NCBI GenBank assembly: GCA_963727485.1
Contig: CAVSGM010000001.1
Location: forward strand, 1 to 64,000
Origin: an uncultured delta proteobacterium
GTDB lineage: Bacteria > Myxococcota > Myxococcia > SLRQ01
DNA length: 64,000 nucleotides
Direction of reading: 5' to 3'
Made by a program: the position numbers and the translations under genes. Of the stretch, positions 58,152 through 64,000 are shown one piece after another (positions within the stretch are counted from its first letter, which is position 1; the number at the start of each line of letters is the position of its first letter). The notes under the pieces were generated by a model that saw nothing but the letters and a program-made list of their open reading frames with translations, was not told the origin of the DNA and ran no database searches.

Positions 58152-58322
58152 GCAGTCAGCCCCATACCACACGGCCCGCTCGCGCCCAACGCGGTCGGCG
58201 AGCGTGGCGGCCTCGGGCCCGCGGGGGGCGCCCGCCGGCACCGGGCCCGGCACGTTGCCCCGCGGCCGACACGGATGGTAGCGTTCCTCCCGCGGCCTTA
58301 AGCGACTTCTGGCAGAGGTGCC

Positions 58323-61300
58323 ATGCTCGTTTCCTGCCCTTCGTGTCAGGCGAAGTACAACATCGATGACGCGCGCATCCCCGCCTCGGGGCTGAAGCTC
58401 AAGTGCCCCAAGTGCACCACGGTGTTTCCGGTGCAGGGGGGTGCGGGCGGCGGCGGTGATGTGCCCCTTCCCGGTGCCGGTGCCCCAGCGGGTGGCGGCG
58501 CCCCGGGTGCCGTGCCCCTCCCGGGCAACGCGCCCCCGGCCGGCCCGCCTCCGGGGGCCGCCGCGCCCCCCTCCGGTGCCGTGCCCCTCCCGGGCAACGC
58601 GCCCCCCGCCGGCCCGCCTCCGGGGGCCGCCGCGCCCCCGTCCGGCGGCGTGCCCCTCCCGGGTGGCGCGCCCCCCGCCGGCCCGCCTCCGGGGGCCGCC
58701 GCGCCCCCGTCCGGCGGCGTGCCCCTCCCGGGTGGCGCGCCCCCCGCCGGCCCGCCTCCGGGGGCCGCCGCGCCGCCGTCCTCTGGCGTGCCCCTCCCGG
58801 GTGGCGCGCCCCCCGCCGGCCCGCCTCCAGGGGCCGCCGCGCCGCCGTCCTCTGGCGTGCCCCTCCCGGGTGGCGCGCCCCCCGCCGGCCCGCCTCCAGG
58901 GGCCGCCGCGCCGCCGTCCTCTGGCGTGCCCCTCCCGGGTGGCGCGCCCCCCGCCGGCCCGCCTCCGGGGGCCGCCGCGCCGCCGTCCTCTGGCGTGCCC
59001 CTCCCGGGCGGCGCGCCACCCGCCGGCCCGCCTCCGGGGGCCGCCGCGCCGCCGTTCGGCGGCGTGCCCCTCCCGGGCGCCCCCGCCGCCGGCGGCGCCG
59101 ACTACGGCAACGTCGACCTCGGCGACGCCCCGGACAGCGGCGCCACCCGGGTCTACGCCGCGCCCCCGTCCATGCCCGAGTTCGGGAACGTCGACCTCGG
59201 CGCCGACGATCCGGCGCCGGCCCCGGACGGTGGCGCCGGCTTCGATCCCTTCTCGGGCGTCGATCTCCCCGACCCCGGCGCCGCGCCCCCGGCCGCCCCG
59301 CCAGTCGCCGCGCCCCCGGTGCCTCCGCCGGTCGCCGCCCCGCTCCCCCCGCAGGCGCCGGGCTCCGGCTTCGCCTTCGGGGACGACGGCACGGACGACC
59401 TCTCGTTCGATCCCGCCGCGGCCCCGACGCCCTCGGCGCCGCCCCCGGGCGACGACCTCTCCTTCGATCCCACCGCGGCCCCGGCCCCGGACGGCGGCGA
59501 CCTCGAGCTCGACCTCGGCGACGCCCCGGCCCCGGCCCCCGCGGCCCCCGCGGGCGGGGGCGGCGACGACCTGGAGATCCTCGACTTCATCGACAACGAG
59601 TACCAGGCCGCCAAGGACTCGGGCGCCAAGGTCCGCGAGGCCGGCCCCGAGAAGTACCGGGTCCGCCGGAAGAGCGGGAAGACCTTCGGCCCCTTCGAGC
59701 CGGAGGTGGTGGTCACCATGCTCAAGGAGGGCCAGCTCCTCGGCAACGAGGAGGTGTCCACCGACGGCAACACCTGGAAGCCCATCGGCTCGGTGCCCCA
59801 GTTCGCCGAGGCCATCCAGGCCCTGATGGAGGCCCCGTCGCTGGGCCACGACGCCCCGATGATGGGGGCCCTGCCTGAGGGCGCCGACGACCTCGACGAC
59901 ACCGACACCGTGGCCCCCAAGGGCAAGGGCTACGGGGTCTACGGGATGTCGGCGGCGGTGAAGAGCACCACCGCCGCCCGGACCGCCCCGAGCAAGGTCT
60001 TCCTGGCCAAGCTCAAGAAGCGCTGGCCCCTGGTGACCGCCGGCGTGCTCCTCCTGGGGATCCTCGGCTTCGGCATCTACCTCGGCTTCACGCCCTACGG
60101 CTACTTCGCGTACAAGCTGGTGTTCACCCCCGGCGCCGGGGGGCACAACAAGCCCACGAGGGAGCTGCTCTCCGACGCCCGCAAGGGCATCGCCGACGAC
60201 ACCTTCGCCGGGTACACCCAGGCCCTCGAGAGCGCCAAGGCGGCGCTGGCGGCCAACGGCGACGACGTCGAGGCCCAGAGCCTCTACTGCCAGGCGGCCT
60301 TCTACCTCCAGCGCCTCTACGAGGGCCACAGCGTCCAGGTGAAGCGGGCGCTCGGCTACATGCACGACCTCTCGGTCACCAGCAAGGACTACCCGCCCTA
60401 CCTCAAGGCGAAGATGGACGAGGCCCTCCTCGAGGGCAACGAGGCCGCCGCCCGGCCGGCCCTGGTGGCCCTGGTGAACAAGCACCCCAAGGACCTCGAG
60501 GCCCTCTACCTCCTCGGGGCCTCGTACTTCCACGCCCGGGACGCCAAGCACGCCACCGCCTGGATCGACAAGATCCTGGTCGTCGATCCCACGAACGCCA
60601 AGGCCTTCCACGCCGAGGCGTTCATCCACACCATGCTCAAGACGCCCGAGGCCCGGGACACGGCCATCGCCTACTTCCAGAAGGCCCTGGACGCGAACCC
60701 CCAGCACCTCTCCTCGGCCCTCGAGCTCGCCCACCTCTACCTGGTGAACGACGACCCGAACCTGGCCAAGGGCGAGGCCGCGTTGGATCGGGTGGCCGGG
60801 GACGCCTTCAAGACCCTCTCGCGGTCGGAGCAGGCCCGCGCCGACTACCTGCGCGGGGTCCTCGACAGCCTCAAGGGCCAGGTGGCCAAGGCCGCCAAGG
60901 TCTTCGACCAGGCGGTCACCCTCGATCCCAAGTCGGCGTTTGGCCGCACCGCCTACGGCGAGTTCCTCCTCAAGCGTCACCAGTACGAGAGCGCCGCCAA
61001 CCAGCTCGCCGCGGCGGTGAAGCTCGCGCCGGGGAGCATCCGGGTCGCCGGCCTCCACGTCGAGGCGCTCATCCGCTCCGGCCGGGCCCTCGACGCCACC
61101 CAGGCCCTCAACGCCCTCAAGGGGCGGGCGCCGGCCAACGCCCAGGTGATCTTCCTCGAGGGCCTCCTCGCCCACAGCAAGGGCGACGACGACGTGGCCC
61201 AGGGCCTCTACGCCAAGGCGATGAAGGCCGACCCCCACTACTACCGGGCCGCCCTGGCGCTCGGGAACCTCTTCCTCGAGGAGCGGCGGGTCAAGGAGGC

Positions 61301-62420
61301 GGAGGCCCCGATGCGCGCCGCGGTGGCCGGGGGCCCGCGAATCCCGAGACCCACGTGGGCCTGGGTCAGTACCTCCTCGCCGCCCACCGGGCCCCCGAGG
61401 CCAAGGCCGCCTTCGAGGACGCCCTCAAGCTCTCCAGCGACAATCCCGGGGCCCACCTGGGCCTCGCCCGGGCCTACGCCCAGATGGGCGACAACGACCA
61501 GGCCAAGGCCGAGTTCGGCAAGGTCCGCCAGACCTCCAAGGACTTCCCGGACCTCGCCTTCTACTATGGCAGCTGGCTGTGGAAGCAGGGCCAGCTCGAG
61601 TCCGCCGCCGACAGCCTGAAGCAGGCCCACGCCCAGGACCCCAAGAACCCGGCGGTCCAGGCCCGCTACGGGGCCGTGCTCTACGACCTGGGCAAGATCG
61701 ACGAGGCGGGCCAGCAGCTCGTCGCCGCCACCAACGAGGGCGGCAACCTCGGCGAGGCCTTCTACTACCTGGGCCTGGTCTACGCGAAGCAGGGGGACCT
61801 GCGCTCGGCGGAGAACCGGATGCAGACCGCCATCCACCTCGAGCCCGAGAACTCCCGCTACCGCTTCGCCCTCGGCGAGCTCAACGAGAAGGACAACGAA
61901 TCTCACCGCGGCCCTGCGCGACTACCAGGAGGCCACCAAGCTCGACGATCAGTACGTCGACGCCTGGGTGAAGATCGGCACGGTGGACGCGAGCCTCAAC
62001 GACTACCCGGACGCGGTGCGCGCCTACAAGTCGGCGCTGAAGGTGGACCCGGAGCGCGGCGACATCCTCGCCCGCATCGCCGACACCTACACCCGGACCT
62101 CGCAGCTCAAGCGGGCCATCGACTGGTACCGCAAGGCCCTGGCCGCCAAGAGCGGCGACGTCCACGGGGTCTACTTCAAGCTCGCCCGGGCCGACGACGA
62201 CGCGGGGCACAAGCGCGAGGCCGAGGCGATGTACCTCAAGGCCCTCAAGGTCGACCCCAAGAACGCCAAGCCCCACTACTACCTGGGCTACCTCTACAAG
62301 GACCAGCGCAAGTGGAAGCAGGCCCTGGCCCACTTCGAGGCCTACCTCAAGGCCACCCCCAAGACCGACTCGACCTACGCCGAGGTCAAGGACGAGGTCT
62401 ACGACCTCAAGCACCAGTAG
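58323..62420 (+). CDS. Large zinc-ribbon / Pro-rich / GYF-like / TM / multi-TPR protein (frameshifts about 61340 and 61900)
   Basis: CPSCQAKY...KCPKC MJ0042-type finger, YRVRRKSGKTFGPF...EEVSTDGNTW GYF_2-like motif, one TM, many TPRs continuing in ORFs 61355- and 61968-62420. Confidence 0.85.
58506..59057 (+). repeat. Coding tandem repeat, 8 x 69 bp (23 aa, xxVPLPGxAPPAGPPPGAAAPPS)
   Basis: Near-identical units seen in both DNA and translation. Confidence 0.92.
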
Positions 62421-62462
62421 GGGCCGGCCCCGGGGCTCCCGGGCCGGGGGCCCCGGCGGGGA

Positions 62463-63081
62463 TCAGCGCCCGGAGGCGGCGGCCTGGCCGGCGCCGGGCT
62501 TGGGACCCCGGAGCTGGCGGAGGCGCTCGGCACGCCGGAGCAGCCGCCGGATCTCCCGGGGGAAGTCCCGGTAGAAGCGCATCAGCCGGGCCTTCTGCTG
62601 CGGGGTGAGGCCCTGCATCATCTCCTGGGCCTCCTGGGCCCGGAGGTCGTCGATCTTGGCCTGGGCGGTGAGGACCTCCTGCACCGCGGCGTCGACGGTG
62701 GCGGCGTCGGCCTGCTTGGCGCGGGAGGCCTGGTCCAGGGTCTTCATCCCCGCCTTGAGCTGCTCGCGGATCTCGGCGCGCTGCTCGTCGTAGCGCTCCA
62801 TGATCGCGTTGAGCTTGAGGGCGGTGGCCGAGTCGAGGTTCAGGCGGTTGGCCAGCGCCAGGGCCCGCAGGGTCTTGATCCGGTCCTCGACCCGCTCGAG
62901 GCGGGCCTCGGCGGCGGCCTTGCGGGCCGCCTCGTGCTTCGCCTGGGCGGCGGCCCGGGCCTGGGCCTGGGCGGCCGCAGGGCGGCCGGGGGCGGGCGGC
63001 GTGGGCCGGGGCGCCCGAGGCGGCGTGGGCGGCCAGGGGCGCGGCGAGGAGGGCAAGGGCGACAACGAGGGACGTGCGCAT
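62463..63081 (-). CDS. Periplasmic Spy/CpxP-like helical protein (frameshift about 62980)
   Basis: Signal peptide MRTSLVVALALLAAPLAAHA; LTPQQ motif; lies downstream of the anti-sigma gene. Confidence 0.7.
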
Positions 63082-63095
63082 GGGCGCGGTTGCTC

Positions 63096-63692
63096 CTAGC
63101 CGGGGAAGTCGTCGAGGACCGAGTCGAGGTCCGTCGGCGAGGCACCGGCCATCAGGTCGTGGACGTCGACCCCCCAGGTCCCGCCGCCGAGGACCGAGTC
63201 GAGGTCGTCGGGGGTCACGCCGTCGGGGTCGACGACGGCGGCCTCGAGGGCGGAGACCGACTGGGGATCGAGCTGGGTGGCGTCTTGGAGGATGGTGCCC
63301 GGGCCGATGGGATCGTCGGGTCCCGGATCGAGGACGGCCGCCGGGAGGGCGACCAGGCTCCGGCTCGGGCCCCGGCGGTGCCAGGGGCCAGGGGCCACCT
63401 GGAGGATCAGGGCCACGGCGACCACCATGGTGGCCGCGGGGGCCAGGGCGAAGAGGGCGAAGGTCTTGCGGTGGCGCCCCTTGTCCGCCTCGCCGCGGAT
63501 CCGGGCGGCGAGCCAGGGGCCCGGTTCGGGGGCGGGCTCGGGGGCCAGGTAGGCGAGGTCGGCGTGGAGGGTGTCGAGCTCGGCCCGGCAGGCCGCGCAC
63601 CCCTCGAGGTGGGCGGCGAGGGACGGGGTGGGGCGGTGGCCCTCGGCGGCGTCGACCAGGTCGGCGACGAATGGCTCACAGGCGGCATTCAT
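63096..63692 (-). CDS. Zinc-binding (HxxxCxxC) transmembrane anti-sigma factor
   Basis: HLEGCAAC motif, single TM; overlaps the sigma factor stop. Confidence 0.85.
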   Translation of the reverse strand: MNAACEPFVADLVDAAEGHRPTPSLAAHLEGCAACRAELDTLHADLAYLAPEPAPEPGPWLAARIRGEADKGRHRKTFALFALAPAATMVVAVALILQVAPGPWHRRGPSRSLVALPAAVLDPGPDDPIGPGTILQDATQLDPQSVSALEAAVVDPDGVTPDDLDSVLGGGTWGVDVHDLMAGASPTDLDSVLDDFPG

Positions 63693-64000
63693 GGCAGGTC
63701 CGCGAGACGCTGGCGCAGGGTGCGCACGGCGTGGTGGAAGGACACCTTGGCGCTCGCCTCCGTGGTGTCGAGGATCCGGGCAATCTCCTTGAAGGGCAGG
63801 TCGGCGTCCAGGCGCAGGCGGACGACCTCCCGCTGCATCCTCGGGAGCTTGTCGACCGCCGCCCGGATGGCGTCGGCCCGCTCCCTCGCTTCCAGGACCT
63901 CGTGGGGGTCGTCATCGGCCACCGGGGTCTCGAAGATGGCCTCGGGCTCCGCCTGGCGCCACCTTCGGGCGTTGCGGTGGCGGTTTCTGGCGAGGTTGAG
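63689..64000 (-). CDS. ECF RNA polymerase sigma factor, C-terminal part (runs off window)
   Basis: Region 4: AVDKLPRMQREVVRLR...FKEIARILDTTEASAKVSFHHA. Confidence 0.9.
   Translation of the reverse strand, partial: LNLARNRHRNARRWRQAEPEAIFETPVADDDPHEVLEARERADAIRAAVDKLPRMQREVVRLRLDADLPFKEIARILDTTEASAKVSFHHAVRTLRQRLADLP

Noticed and set aside
50850..59057. Tandem repeats as CRISPR arrays
   Set aside because: No unique spacers; units are multiples of 3 inside coding frames; no cas genes.

Overview
Very GC-rich bacterial DNA, most likely Myxococcota/Deltaproteobacteria (split nuoEF-JKLMN operon, zinc-ribbon/TPR proteins, sigma54 signalling). Many single-base frameshifts occur even in housekeeping genes, so uncorrected sequencing indels are likely. 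Left end: an IS66 element inserted into a polymorphic-toxin gene, then an orphan Rhs toxin/immunity cassette. Most of the rest is core genome: prolyl oligopeptidase, MarR-ABC exporter, amtB, DpnA-like methyltransferase, two class III cyclases, msrB, cydAB, mgtE, nuoEFJKLMN, a sigma54 regulator with two tandem kinases, selB, a glyco/lipid-modification cluster, TPR proteins and an ECF sigma/anti-sigma pair. The most notable item is a 5.3 kb integrase-free island (14389-19697) bounded by a 102-bp direct repeat. It encodes only a TerB-like/4xSAP/BrxD-like ATPase fusion and an Lhr/BrxHI-like helicase, a candidate stand-alone two-gene defence system. All family assignments come from motif recognition by eye, not database searches.
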